Positions 37,891 through 49,277 of a stretch of DNA of 64,000 nt are shown here, piece after piece. Origin of the DNA: a virus; the IMG/VR virus record IMGVR_UViG_3300029959_000004, positions 32,001 through 96,000 of that record. One strand, given 5' to 3'. The position numbers and the translations under genes are program-made. Position 1 is the first letter of the stretch. Each line of letters starts with the position of its first letter. The notes under the pieces were generated by a model that worked only from the letters and a program-made list of their open reading frames with translations, searched no databases and had not been told where the DNA came from.

Positions 37891-40800
37891 TGGGCGACGA
37901 AAAACAATATATATTTAGAATAGTATCCGAGACTCAGGGAATTCAGAAGTCTATTCAAGATATGAAACAGTTAGAAGCGCAAGCAACCAAAACTGCTTCT
38001 AATCTTCAAAGAACAATAATCGCTCCCTCTGGAAGATCAGCCACTGAGGAGATTGCTAGAAGAACTCCGGGATTTGCTCAAACGGCAGAACAGAAAAGAA
38101 TGTTGCAAGGAATTTCTTCTCCCAAGATTATTATGCCTACAGGGGTGATAGGTGGAGGAGCTAGAAAAGAAGAATTTACTGGAGTTGCTGAATCTCTAGA
38201 AAAAGTTGAAAAATCAACTTCTAAAGCGAGAACAGGATTTCAGGATCTCACTGAAGAATTTAATAGAAGTAGGAAACACACGAAAGATTTAGGTAAAGAA
38301 ACTAAAGGTTTAGATATGGATTTAGGGAAACTAGCATTACGTGCAGCTGTTACTATTCCTATATGGTTAGCATTACGTTCAGCTTTTATGGGAGTATTGA
38401 CTACTATTACATCTGGTGCTAAATCTATTGTAGATATGGATAGAGAATTAGCTAGAATTAGAACAGTTACAGATGATGTAACTGATATGACTGGATTTTT
38501 AGATGAATTAGGAACTACTGCAAGAAGAATGTCCACGGAGACGGGAGCTTCTGTAGAAGATATACTTCACGCTTTCTATGGATTTAAAGATGCTGGCTTA
38601 TCTACAGAAGTAGCTATGGAAGGCATGAAAGTATCTGTTAAAGGCTCAATAGCTTTATTTGGTGATTTAAAAGAAACAGCCAAAACTCTTACAGATATTT
38701 ATGTTTTGATGGGAGATAAAATAGAGGGAGCGAGAACTCCTCAAGAACGTATGGAAAGAATTATGTCTTCCATAGCTGTTCTACAGAAAACTAATAAATT
38801 TGAATTAAATGAATATATAGAAGGTTTAAAGTCATTTGCAGCTTCCGCCGCTTCTAGTAATTTAACTCTAGATCAGATGACATTTATGCTTGCTAAAACT
38901 AGTAACTTTATGCAAAGAGGTTCTACTGGTGGTACTCAGTTAGCCAGAGCTTTTAAAGAGTTATCTATTAACGCACAAAAATCTGGCTTATTGCTAGGGA
39001 AAGCCATAAATCTTGACAATGTAGATAAGTTTGATTTAATGTTGAGTATGATGGAAGAATTAAACACTCGTTTTACTCAAGGTAAAGACATAAGTCAAGA
39101 ACTCTTTGATATATTTGGTATAAGAGCGGAAAAGTCAGTTGCAGCTTTTGTAGTTAGATTTAAAGATGTAGTGAAAGAATGGAAAAACTTTGAAAATTTA
39201 TCTCCAGAAAGAAGAATGGAAATTCTTAATGATCAGTTTAATACAGCTACTTTAACTATAGAACGTCAAGTACAGAGATTACAAAAGATTAGAGAACAAA
39301 TGGGAGCTAATTTTCTTGCTGGAATTATAGGTATTGATTTAACAAATACTAAAGACGCTGCTGAAGGATTGAAATTAATTAATGATAGATTAAATGATAT
39401 GATACCTACTTTAAACGCCGTAGGTAGTGCAATAAGACCTCTATTACTTCTTTTATCGACTTTGGTAGCTTTAAGAGAAGCAAAAGTATTTTTAAATTTC
39501 TTAAAGAAGACTCCAGTCACAGCAGGTGTTGTTGGAGGAGCAATTTTAGGTGGTACTATACTTTCTAAATTAGAAGAAGAAAGAAAAGCTTCTAAAAAGA
39601 CTTCTCAGTCTGATCAATATAAAGCTTATCTAGCTTCGGGTGGTAAAATGGGTCCTGGTTTATATAGAGAAAATCTCACTTTTGGAAACAAAAAGGATAT
39701 AGCAGGTATTGAGTTAGAACCCATAAAAATAATAAAGAAAGCAACCGAAGATACTCAAAAAATTATAAAAGAAACTAGAAATACAGAAGAAGATATAACT
39801 GGTTTTTATGATTATCAATCTATGATGTTAGAAAGAGGTAAAATTCTTGGCCAAGATCAGTTAGATATAGAAAGAAGAAGATTAGATTTAATTATACAAA
39901 GTACTGATATAACAGAAAAAGATAAAACAGTACACGAACAAAAGTTAAAAATAATTCAATTAGAAAATGAAGAAGTAATTAAATATTCTCAAAATATACA
40001 AACTTCTCTTAGTTCTTCTTTAAAGGATATAATGAGCGGTAAGGGAGGAAATATCTTTACCGCCTTTAACACGGCTATAGTAGATAATTATAGAAATACA
40101 ATGTCTGAAGGAGTTTCTAGTATCATTATGTCTACCGGTATTGGTGAAATGTTCGGTGGAGCTATGTCTAAACTAAAGGGTCAATTAGGTGGAGTTAGAG
40201 GTATGATAGAAGCTGCTCATGAAACTGTATATGGACAAATAGTTAGAGGGCATAGAGATGGTTTATCTGGAACAAAAGCTATTTTACCGGGAGTATCAGG
40301 AACTGCTTCTTCAAGTACAATAGCTGGAGCTTTATCTACAACTGGAGGTTTTTGGGCTGGATATACCGGAGCAGGTTATCAACCGGTAGCTGGTAATAAT
40401 AGAAATGTCTGGGTTCCTGCTAGTAATTATGGGCAAAGAGGTTATAAACAATCTAGTTTGGGTTCTTATCAAAGAGGGCAAATGGCTTTAGGAGGAGCTC
40501 AATCTGCATTGACTGGATATTCAGCTTATCAGTCAGCTTCTCAAGGTGGTCTCGGAGTGGGAGGGTCTATTGCTAGCGGATTATTAGCAGCAGGTGGGAG
40601 TTTTGCTGGAGTAATGTCTGGTATAGCGATGGCTTCAGGAACAGCAGCTACGGCAACCTCTGCCGCTACTACTGGTACCGCTAGTGTATTGGGTCTTTCT
40701 ATGGGACCTGTTGGTTGGGCTATGATGGGAGTAGGGTTAATGATAGCTGCAATGATACCAAGTTTATTAGGTGGAGAAGAAAAAACTTCTACAGAAACTA

Positions 40801-40991
40801 AAACAACTGAAAATAAAATATCTTCTAGAATAGATGTAACAAATAAGAATTTAGAGATAATTAATAGAAATTTAATAGGATTAAGAACGGATATACGTAC
40901 ATATATATTGCCAAGTTCTGCTTATTTTAGTTCTAAGACTAGTCTTGATGAAGAATTCTCTATAGCTTCTAGAATGGCTTCAATAGAATAA
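37890..40991 (+). CDS. tape measure protein (TP901-like)
   Basis: 1033 aa, helical; MDRELARI...GSTGGTQL core; hydrophobic Gly/Ala C-terminus. Confidence 0.85.
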   Translation: MGDEKQYIFRIVSETQGIQKSIQDMKQLEAQATKTASNLQRTIIAPSGRSATEEIARRTPGFAQTAEQKRMLQGISSPKIIMPTGVIGGGARKEEFTGVAESLEKVEKSTSKARTGFQDLTEEFNRSRKHTKDLGKETKGLDMDLGKLALRAAVTIPIWLALRSAFMGVLTTITSGAKSIVDMDRELARIRTVTDDVTDMTGFLDELGTTARRMSTETGASVEDILHAFYGFKDAGLSTEVAMEGMKVSVKGSIALFGDLKETAKTLTDIYVLMGDKIEGARTPQERMERIMSSIAVLQKTNKFELNEYIEGLKSFAASAASSNLTLDQMTFMLAKTSNFMQRGSTGGTQLARAFKELSINAQKSGLLLGKAINLDNVDKFDLMLSMMEELNTRFTQGKDISQELFDIFGIRAEKSVAAFVVRFKDVVKEWKNFENLSPERRMEILNDQFNTATLTIERQVQRLQKIREQMGANFLAGIIGIDLTNTKDAAEGLKLINDRLNDMIPTLNAVGSAIRPLLLLLSTLVALREAKVFLNFLKKTPVTAGVVGGAILGGTILSKLEEERKASKKTSQSDQYKAYLASGGKMGPGLYRENLTFGNKKDIAGIELEPIKIIKKATEDTQKIIKETRNTEEDITGFYDYQSMMLERGKILGQDQLDIERRRLDLIIQSTDITEKDKTVHEQKLKIIQLENEEVIKYSQNIQTSLSSSLKDIMSGKGGNIFTAFNTAIVDNYRNTMSEGVSSIIMSTGIGEMFGGAMSKLKGQLGGVRGMIEAAHETVYGQIVRGHRDGLSGTKAILPGVSGTASSSTIAGALSTTGGFWAGYTGAGYQPVAGNNRNVWVPASNYGQRGYKQSSLGSYQRGQMALGGAQSALTGYSAYQSASQGGLGVGGSIASGLLAAGGSFAGVMSGIAMASGTAATATSAATTGTASVLGLSMGPVGWAMMGVGLMIAAMIPSLLGGEEKTSTETKTTENKISSRIDVTNKNLEIINRNLIGLRTDIRTYILPSSAYFSSKTSLDEEFSIASRMASIE

Positions 40992-41003
40992 AGGAAAAAT
41001 AAA

Positions 41004-41393
41004 ATGAGCAAAACCTACGATTGGACTGTATATACAATCAACTCAGATGGTTCTACTTGGGATGCAGATACTTCTCTTCCTAGACCAAATCAGGATTTAG
41101 AGAAGAACATAATTTCTACTGTTCAAACTATTAAATTAGCTGACGGAAGTGAAGCTTTTGTAACTCCAGAGGTTAGACGTAACAAAGGTACTATAACTTT
41201 CTTTTGGGCAGACACAACTTCAACTTTAAGAAATCAAATAGAAGGTTATATTAACTTCGGAGAAAAAATAAAAATAGTTACTCATGATAATCAAACTATA
41301 TATGGTAGATTTATGGATTATAAAAGAGTTTGGTTTACTGGAGATACTTCTCAATTTGACATAACTGCAACTTTCAAGGAGTCTGATTCTTAA
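41004..41393 (+). CDS. distal tail protein (putative)
   Basis: Position after tape measure; LADGS motif. Confidence 0.55.
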   Translation: MSKTYDWTVYTINSDGSTWDADTSLPRPNQDLEKNIISTVQTIKLADGSEAFVTPEVRRNKGTITFFWADTTSTLRNQIEGYINFGEKIKIVTHDNQTIYGRFMDYKRVWFTGDTSQFDITATFKESDS

Positions 41394-41394
41394 T

Positions 41395-43197
41395 ATGTCT
41401 AAAGAAGATTTATTACCAGCTACAATACAAAATCAACTAAATAATGCTGATGTGAAGATGAAGTTTATTCTAAAGATTGATAGTGTAGATTATTCTAATT
41501 ATTTAATAAGTTGGTCTGTAAGTAGCGATGTTAATTTCGGCTCCATGTCAGCAACTTTTGTGTTAAATAACGATGCAAATATATTTGGAGATAATGGCAG
41601 TAGCAAAATAGAAGTTGGAGACATTATAGAATTTAACGAACTTTTTGAAGGTTCTACTAAAGAATTCAAAAAATTTTATGGACAAGTAAATCAACGTTCT
41701 TATGTTGAAACGGGAACAGATAGAAATGTAAGCATAGTTGGTCTTGATTTTATTTCTTCTTTACAATTTTTAGATATAGATTTGGAGGTTGAAGGAACTA
41801 AAATAAAGGTGGAAGAGGAAATATTAACACCGAATTATCTATCTTCTCCAAACGATACATTGGCACAAGTATTTAATTTTGCAAATGATGGAATAGCAGA
41901 TAACCCATTACCTATTTTGACTATTAGAAATAAAAATACTGATGTTGAAGACCCACAGTGGGATGGTTATGAAATTATGTATGAAAACGGACAGGTTAAG
42001 TTAGGTAGTTGCTTAAACGCTAAAGATAATTATGATTTAGTAGCTACATCATATTATTTTTATGTAAAAGGTGTTTATGCAGAAGACATAATAGAAGAAA
42101 TACTTACTGAAGTAGATGGCTATGGTAAATATCTCTTTAATGAGTCTAACGCTCAAGCAGTTATAGATAATCATCTAACAACAACATTTTATGATGAAAC
42201 AGGTACTAATACTGATACGATGGTTCCTAACTATACTCAAACTGAGATAACTATTTATCATCAATTATCTGCTAGTATTAGTGCGGGAACTACAAGTATA
42301 ACACTAGATTCCGTAGAAGGACTACCTGATTCTGGAGAAGGTAATATCAATGGAGACATCTTTACTTGGACTTCAATATCTGGAAATACTTTATCGGGAA
42401 TATCTACTAGTGGAAGTTACGCTTTAAAAGCTCATACTAAAGACAGTTATTTTGAATATACTCATACTTATTCTGCCGGGCAGGTATGGTATTTAACTTA
42501 TAGTAATATTCAGAGTAGTTTAATGAATAGTCATTTTACAATACCTTCAGGTACACTTGAATATTTTGACGCTAGATACGGAAGAATAATTTTAAGTGTG
42601 GCATTGTCAACTACAAGTACAGTTACTTGTAATATTAATTATAGATTTAAAACGTTGCAAGCTTCGGGAATAGAATTAAATAGAATAGTTTTTCGTTCTA
42701 GAGAGGTGGAGAATAGATATGAAGCTATAAAGAAGGTTCGTGAATATTTAGCTCCCAACTATTTAGTGAGAACTAAAGGTGATAATAAAATATGGTCTAG
42801 TTATTTTTCACAGAAAGTAAACGAAGATTATACTCTTAAATTAGCTACATCTATGACTTTTATGGAAGATGAAGATTTATATACTAGAGTGATGTTTTTT
42901 GGGAAGAATAAAAACCCGACTAATTTAATGTATAATGATGGAGTTACTTTTGTAGGAACTGGTGAATCTTATAAAGCTACAGCTACAGCGTCGGAACTTA
43001 CTAATTTAAGAGAAGATGGTAACTATTATGTCTACGGTTCTCCTGTTTCCGGTGTAGGAGCTATAACAGTAGAAACTATTAAACCTATTGTATATATAAA
43101 TGAAGTCGCTATAGACAATACTTCTCATTTAGTTGCTGGGCAATCGGTTGTTTTAGAGATAACTACAACTACAGAAACTAAGTCGGGGGGTAAATGA
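41395..43197 (+). CDS. tail hub (Tal-like) protein, N-terminal half
   Basis: SATFVLNN, VGDII, FYGQV, LYTRVMFFGK hub motifs. Confidence 0.6.
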   Translation: MSKEDLLPATIQNQLNNADVKMKFILKIDSVDYSNYLISWSVSSDVNFGSMSATFVLNNDANIFGDNGSSKIEVGDIIEFNELFEGSTKEFKKFYGQVNQRSYVETGTDRNVSIVGLDFISSLQFLDIDLEVEGTKIKVEEEILTPNYLSSPNDTLAQVFNFANDGIADNPLPILTIRNKNTDVEDPQWDGYEIMYENGQVKLGSCLNAKDNYDLVATSYYFYVKGVYAEDIIEEILTEVDGYGKYLFNESNAQAVIDNHLTTTFYDETGTNTDTMVPNYTQTEITIYHQLSASISAGTTSITLDSVEGLPDSGEGNINGDIFTWTSISGNTLSGISTSGSYALKAHTKDSYFEYTHTYSAGQVWYLTYSNIQSSLMNSHFTIPSGTLEYFDARYGRIILSVALSTTSTVTCNINYRFKTLQASGIELNRIVFRSREVENRYEAIKKVREYLAPNYLVRTKGDNKIWSSYFSQKVNEDYTLKLATSMTFMEDEDLYTRVMFFGKNKNPTNLMYNDGVTFVGTGESYKATATASELTNLREDGNYYVYGSPVSGVGAITVETIKPIVYINEVAIDNTSHLVAGQSVVLEITTTTETKSGGK

Positions 43198-44777
43198 TTT
43201 TAATTATTTTATTATCTTTGTTATCTTGGAGTTATCTTTTAAGTCATTCACATAAACATCCTATACTTGGTGTTCCTAGAGAAATAAGAGGAGGCGGTGG
43301 GGGGGAAGTATCCTCTCACACTTACTATTATTATCGTATAAAGATGCCTCATACGAGTTTAGATCCTTCTAAGTCAATTATTTTTTACGACGCTTATGGA
43401 GTAGAGATTTACACGTTAGCACCGTACAGTGAATATATGGATTACGGTATGGGTATTGTAAACGTGCCTGGTTCCGAAAAAAATCTTACTGTAGAAAGTA
43501 TTGCTACAGCTACTTATTATGTATTCTATTCTACTGATAATATAATTATTGATTATGAGAAAGCGGAATTTAAAATAGCTAAAAAATTAATAAAAGTACC
43601 AGCTCAAGCTGTTGTAAAAGCTACTTATCAGTATTACAGTGTTGTGACTATTTTCACAGACGTAGCCTCGGTAATAGACGGAAGATACGATACTCAAGTT
43701 CAAACTATATTTTATGGAGAACCACCGACTGGATATAACTATGCGATTATAGACTTAGGAGCTGTTAAAACAATTCAGGCTTTAGATATACTAACTGGTT
43801 TTTTTAAACCAGATGAAAACAGAAAATTTAATGTTAATTTTAAAGCAACTATACAATATTCTCTAAACGGAACAGATTATTATGATATTTCTGACAAAAC
43901 AAATACTTTCTCTTTAAGTGGTGGTGAATCTAAGAGTTTTGAAGAAGAAGATTTGGGAGTAGGTTTTACTGCTAGATATTTAAAACTTCTTTTAGAAAAT
44001 GTAGATAAAATAGAATATTCTTCTACTAAAGTTACTGTTAGTGATACTAATAGACAACAATTAATAGATTATGGAACTATAGATAGTGATACAGATAACG
44101 GAACAATAGTAACCATTCAGTCTGGCGTATGGGTAGTTGCTCTAACAGAAATATCCGCCTTTGATAACATTGTAATGAAATCTGAAGCTAAATTAATACC
44201 GAGAACTTTACTATCTCAAGCTATAAGTATAGAATCTGGAGATGTTTCTGGTAGTTATCCAACTACAGTAAATGTAGATTCTACCACTGGATTTGATGAT
44301 GTAGAGTCTGGTTACACATACAAAACAGCTTATATATTAAATGATGATGGAACATATGATGCTTTTACTTATACAGGATTAACAGCAACTTCATTTACTG
44401 GAGTAACTGGTTTAGCTGAATCTCATTCTGTAGATGATGCAGTTGTTCAGGAAATAGCTGGTGACACTACAATTTATGATTATAATACTTTAAGACCTAA
44501 ACTGGGAGATAGATTATATAAAGCTAATAAAGTAGATGATAATACTTTATATAGTCAATCACAATTAGATTATGTAGCTAAGGAGTATTTAAAAGAATTT
44601 GTTAAGAATCACACTAAGATACAAGTCGAAGTATTATATTCTCCTCATTTAAACGTAGGAGATACTATTAGAGTAATTGATTCTTTTTCAGGTATAGATC
44701 GTAACTACTTTATAGAAAGTATAAAAGATAGTAACGGGTTTTACACTTTAGTGTTAAGTTATTATCCCTCTTCATAA
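43194..44777 (+). CDS. tail hub C-terminal half with discoidin/F5-8-like domain
   Basis: IIDLGAVKTI, IQYSLNG, TARYLKL; ends PHLNVGDTIRV...YFIESI. Confidence 0.6.
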   Translation: MILIILLSLLSWSYLLSHSHKHPILGVPREIRGGGGGEVSSHTYYYYRIKMPHTSLDPSKSIIFYDAYGVEIYTLAPYSEYMDYGMGIVNVPGSEKNLTVESIATATYYVFYSTDNIIIDYEKAEFKIAKKLIKVPAQAVVKATYQYYSVVTIFTDVASVIDGRYDTQVQTIFYGEPPTGYNYAIIDLGAVKTIQALDILTGFFKPDENRKFNVNFKATIQYSLNGTDYYDISDKTNTFSLSGGESKSFEEEDLGVGFTARYLKLLLENVDKIEYSSTKVTVSDTNRQQLIDYGTIDSDTDNGTIVTIQSGVWVVALTEISAFDNIVMKSEAKLIPRTLLSQAISIESGDVSGSYPTTVNVDSTTGFDDVESGYTYKTAYILNDDGTYDAFTYTGLTATSFTGVTGLAESHSVDDAVVQEIAGDTTIYDYNTLRPKLGDRLYKANKVDDNTLYSQSQLDYVAKEYLKEFVKNHTKIQVEVLYSPHLNVGDTIRVIDSFSGIDRNYFIESIKDSNGFYTLVLSYYPSS

Positions 44778-44790
44778 GAAAGGAATTATT

Positions 44791-45291
44791 ATGAAACCTT
44801 TAACAAATGATTTAAAAATTAAAATAGAAACTGCTATTAAAAATAAAATAGATATTTCTAATCTTATAGAAGATGTAGATTTAAGAAATCTCAATCTATC
44901 TAGAGCTATTATAAAGAAATTAAATATAAGAAATAGAGATATATCTGGATGTAATTTCAGTAACACTATTCTTGGTGATCCAGAAGTTAAATTATCGGTT
45001 TCTTTTATTGATTGTAAGATGCAACATTGTAATTTTGAAGGAGCTAATTTTATAGGTATTTCTTGGATTAGAAGTTGCGACGCACAATTTTGTAATTTTA
45101 GTAATGCTGATGTGAGTAAAATATCTTATGCTAATACTAACTTTCTTGGGTCTAGATTTTGTGAAGCTATAATACGTATTGGAACTAAAGAGGGTTTAAA
45201 TTGTAAATTCCCAATAGAGATGTTTGAAAATCTTACACGTGGTTGGGGAATGAAATTAAAAGCGGAATATAATAACGAAACACAAGTATGA
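44791..45291 (+). CDS. pentapeptide-repeat protein
   Basis: VDLRN-LNLSR, CNFSN, CNFEG-ANFIG, TNFLG-SRFCE. Confidence 0.75.
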   Translation: MKPLTNDLKIKIETAIKNKIDISNLIEDVDLRNLNLSRAIIKKLNIRNRDISGCNFSNTILGDPEVKLSVSFIDCKMQHCNFEGANFIGISWIRSCDAQFCNFSNADVSKISYANTNFLGSRFCEAIIRIGTKEGLNCKFPIEMFENLTRGWGMKLKAEYNNETQV

Positions 45292-45462
45292 AAGGAGTAA
45301 GAAAATGAACAAAGAAGAATTAAAAAATATGTTAAAAGAGAAGGAAGATTTGTTAGAAAGAGTTCGTAATACTATGCAACAGTTAGTTGGACAGATTCTA
45401 TTAATACAGGATTTGTTAAAGACAGAAGAATCAAAAGTAGAAAAAAAGGAATAAATTAATAA

Positions 45463-47784
45463 GTGAGTAAGATTACATATAAAAATCTCTATAGTAATGT
45501 AGTAAAGGAAATTGAGAAGAGAGTAACTTATAACAACGCTTCTTCTTACAAAAATCAAACCAGTAGAGATTTTGTTGGGTCTTATTCTAGTGCTACATCA
45601 GACGCTACCACTGCTGAAATAGTTTCTGCTATACAAAATTTATTAGAAGAAGCTCTTCCATCTAGTATTATAGAAGGATTAGAAGTTAGTGAAACAACTC
45701 CTATTTCAGATAGTGTGATAATTACTGCTGGTAAAGGTTCAGTTGGAGGAGTATTATATGAACTTTCTGAAAAACTAACTCTTAAAATACCTTTTGATAG
45801 TTCAAACACTATATTCTATATAGTTCTTTATAAAGACAGTATAGAAATAGAAAAGACTTATGATTCTAAGAAATTAACTATAGCTAAAATAGTAGTTCCA
45901 AGACCCGGAGTTACTAATTTAGTTCAAGATGATAAAGACGAATCTTGGAATGCTTATATCGTTAATTTTAAAGAGTTTAAATTATACGGTTATCAAGATC
46001 GTTTTGAAGAAGATACTATAGAGTTATTGAGAGATAATATATCCCCAATTTTAGCAGATAATTTAATAGGAAATATTAGATTAAGTGAAAATTTAAAGAT
46101 TATAAATACTCAAGGCACTTTAGAATTGGATAGTGCTGAATTAAGATTACTTTCAACAAATGAAACTGCGTTAGCTAAATTTAATAGAAACGGTACCTTC
46201 TTTTATGATGATAGTGGTATAGAAATAGCTAAATTTACTACAGATGAAGCTAGAGTAGGTAATATTAGAGTATTAAAAAACGCTATTCAGAGCGGTAATT
46301 TTGTAAGTGGAAATACTGGTTTTCGTATTAAAGACGATGGAGATGTAGAGTTTAATGATATAACTGCCAGAGGCACTATATACGCTACGTCTGGTTCTAT
46401 AACAGGAGACGTATTAGTAGGTGGGATTTTAACCGCATTATCTGGTAGTATAGGTGGATGGACTATAACAGCAAATGAATTATATGCTACTGCAACAGGA
46501 ACAATAAAAACTTCAATAAATGCTGGAAGTGGTTATGATGGTGTAGTTTTAGACAAAGACGGATTAAGAGTATATGATTCTATTTTGGGCAATGTTATTA
46601 ATCTACCTTCTGATGGTTCCGCACCGACGTTTTCTAGTGGCGTTATAACGAGTAGTGTATTTACTGTAGATACTAGCGCAGTTATAAGAACTTCAGAAAC
46701 TGTTGGAGATGGTACGACAAACAGTGCTGGAATTTTAATAAACAATACTGGGTTATATGGTTGTGAAGCTAATCAATCTTTAACTGAAGCTAATTTAAAA
46801 GCTTTAATAGATGGTACTATTAAGATAAAGGGAGAAATTGAAGCTAGTTCTGGTAAAATAGGTGACACTGTTATTAATTCCACTAAATTGCTGGGAGGAT
46901 TAATAGAAGGAGCCACTATTCGTGGTACTATTATTGAGAATAGAGAGTCATTTCCTAAAATAAGATTAGATGATGAAGGATTTTATTATCAAGTAGCTTC
47001 TACTTCAGGAAAGTATGGTTCTTCAGAGTCAGGTAGTTATGGATTTAAATATGGTGATGGAACTCATTATGGTAGCGGTGTTGTTGCTTTTTTATTTAAT
47101 CCTAACTTTCCTCCTCTATCAATAGTTTCTTCTCAAGATGTAGCTGATATTCATTTGTATAATAGAGCAAGTGATCCTATTGCCGGAACACATACTGTTG
47201 GCGACATCATCTGTGTTGATGGTGATTTAAGAATGTGTACAAGTGGTGGAACTCCAGGAACATTTACTAATATATCCAGTGGAGAAAATTTTGTAAATTT
47301 AGCTAGTATACCAAGTGAAGCGGGAATTATTCCCGTTGCAAATATAGATGTAGGAACAACGGCTAGTAAAATATTACAGTTAAATAGCTCAGCACAAATA
47401 CCTGCTGTTGATGGTAGTTTACTAACAAAAATGATCAAATATATTTACTTTGTTGTGCCTGAAGAGGCTTTAGTTGTTAATACAGACAAGATAGGAAGAA
47501 TATATGTAAACTTTGCGGGTACAATAAAAGAAGTACACGCTTCAGTTAACACTGCTCCCACTGGAGCTTCAATAATATTAGATATAAATAAGAATGGTAG
47601 CACAATTTGGACTACGCAGGCTAATAGAGTTTCAATAGCAGCAACTGAATATGTTGGTACAAAGAGTACATTTGATACAACATCTTTAGTAGATGGAGAT
47701 TATTTAACTATAGATATAGATGCGGTAGGTAGTACAATAACGGGAGCGAAATTAACAGTAAGAATAAAAATAGAAGCTTCATAA
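45463..47784 (+). CDS. tail fibre / spike protein
   Basis: IQSGNFVSGNTGFRIKDDGDVEFNDITARGTI (J-like C-terminal repeat); C-terminal APTGASIILDINKNG...GDYLTIDID domain. Confidence 0.7.
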   Translation: MSKITYKNLYSNVVKEIEKRVTYNNASSYKNQTSRDFVGSYSSATSDATTAEIVSAIQNLLEEALPSSIIEGLEVSETTPISDSVIITAGKGSVGGVLYELSEKLTLKIPFDSSNTIFYIVLYKDSIEIEKTYDSKKLTIAKIVVPRPGVTNLVQDDKDESWNAYIVNFKEFKLYGYQDRFEEDTIELLRDNISPILADNLIGNIRLSENLKIINTQGTLELDSAELRLLSTNETALAKFNRNGTFFYDDSGIEIAKFTTDEARVGNIRVLKNAIQSGNFVSGNTGFRIKDDGDVEFNDITARGTIYATSGSITGDVLVGGILTALSGSIGGWTITANELYATATGTIKTSINAGSGYDGVVLDKDGLRVYDSILGNVINLPSDGSAPTFSSGVITSSVFTVDTSAVIRTSETVGDGTTNSAGILINNTGLYGCEANQSLTEANLKALIDGTIKIKGEIEASSGKIGDTVINSTKLLGGLIEGATIRGTIIENRESFPKIRLDDEGFYYQVASTSGKYGSSESGSYGFKYGDGTHYGSGVVAFLFNPNFPPLSIVSSQDVADIHLYNRASDPIAGTHTVGDIICVDGDLRMCTSGGTPGTFTNISSGENFVNLASIPSEAGIIPVANIDVGTTASKILQLNSSAQIPAVDGSLLTKMIKYIYFVVPEEALVVNTDKIGRIYVNFAGTIKEVHASVNTAPTGASIILDINKNGSTIWTTQANRVSIAATEYVGTKSTFDTTSLVDGDYLTIDIDAVGSTITGAKLTVRIKIEAS

Positions 47785-47968
47785 CAAAAGGAGTAGCGAT
47801 GTTTTGGGAAAAGAAAGATTGTATTTATAATTGTTTAAAAGAAAAATGTCCTCAATGGGTTATTTTAAATAACAGTGTTAAATTAGAAAATGGAGAAACA
47901 AAGAATACTCCCGAAGGTAGATGTGCAATAGCTTGGATACCACAATTACTTATAGAACTAAGGAATAA

Positions 47969-49270
47969 ATGAAAGGTATAATTATAAACTGGATAGGAAC
48001 TATTGCATCAATACCAAGCGATTGGTTATTATGCGACGGTAATAATTCTACACCTAATTTACTGGGAAAGTATCTTTTATCAGTTGGAGATGGTGAAGAA
48101 CCGGGAACAACTGGAGGTTCAGAAACACATACACATACTTCTCCTGAGCATACTCATACACAAGATGCACACAGTCATAGTGGGAATACAAATACAACTG
48201 CTGATGATGGTCGTAGCGGTATTCTTATATACTATGGACAATATGCTGGAAGTCCTCATTATCATTCTTTTACTACGTCTTCAGCAATAGCTACAAATCA
48301 AGTGACGAGTAATATTGTAGATTCGACAAGTAACAACCCACGTCATTATAAAGTTGCTCCTATAATAGACGTTTCTATTAATGGAAGTAAATATCCTAAC
48401 AATTCTATAGTATTTTGGGGGCAATCTACTTTACCATATGGTTGGTCTATTTGTAATGGGACTGAAGATACTCCGGATTTAAGAAATTGTTTCTTAAAAT
48501 TTATAAACTCAGAAGAAAATCCCGGAGATACGGGAGGTTCTAACACACACTCACATACAACAACACACACTCATATACAAGATGAGCATAATCACAGTGG
48601 GAATACAAATACAACCTCAACTATTGTTCATCAACCTTATTATCCAGCTAGTCCAACTTATTGGACAGCCCCGGCTGGGCATATACATAGTTTAACTGTT
48701 AATTTATATTCAACTATTAATCAAAATGATAATTCTGAGATAAGTTCTGAAGATGGTCAACCTAATTTTAAAAAACTTTTAATTATATTAAATACAGGTA
48801 TTAGTAATAGACCAAAATATTCAATATTAATTTGGACGGGAAGTATTGCAAATATTCCATTGGGTTATGTTTTATGTAATGGAGAAAATGAAACTCCAGA
48901 TTTAAGAAATTATTTTATAAAAGGAGCAAATGACTCTAGTGAATTATTAAATATTGGCGGTTCATCGATTCATAATCATACTGCCAGCTCTCACACTCAT
49001 ATACAAAATTCACATAGTCATACAATATTAGCTAATAATAGTGGTGATGAAGTAGTAAATAATCAATATGCGAATAACGGTACACCTGCTATGAGACACA
49101 ATCACTCACATACAGTTTCTGACGCATTAACTACTGCTACTAATCAATCAACAACTGTTACAATAGATAACTGTTCATCTCAAGCTAATTATCCACCTTA
49201 TTATAAAGTAGCTTTTATTATGCAAGACAGAGAAATGGATATAGGAGCTTATTCATTTACAGTATCATAA
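47969..49270 (+). CDS. tail-collar repeat fibre with HxH metal-binding tracts
   Basis: Three copies of PxGWxxCxGxxxTPDL, each followed by HTH/HSH tracts. Confidence 0.75.
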   Translation: MKGIIINWIGTIASIPSDWLLCDGNNSTPNLLGKYLLSVGDGEEPGTTGGSETHTHTSPEHTHTQDAHSHSGNTNTTADDGRSGILIYYGQYAGSPHYHSFTTSSAIATNQVTSNIVDSTSNNPRHYKVAPIIDVSINGSKYPNNSIVFWGQSTLPYGWSICNGTEDTPDLRNCFLKFINSEENPGDTGGSNTHSHTTTHTHIQDEHNHSGNTNTTSTIVHQPYYPASPTYWTAPAGHIHSLTVNLYSTINQNDNSEISSEDGQPNFKKLLIILNTGISNRPKYSILIWTGSIANIPLGYVLCNGENETPDLRNYFIKGANDSSELLNIGGSSIHNHTASSHTHIQNSHSHTILANNSGDEVVNNQYANNGTPAMRHNHSHTVSDALTTATNQSTTVTIDNCSSQANYPPYYKVAFIMQDREMDIGAYSFTVS

Positions 49271-49277
49271 AGAAAAT

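Noticed and set aside
43181-43197. Programmed -1 frameshift at GGGGGGTAAA joining the two hub ORFs
   Set aside because: The -1 frame has TAA at 43191-43193, and I saw no matched take-off and landing codon for bypassing.
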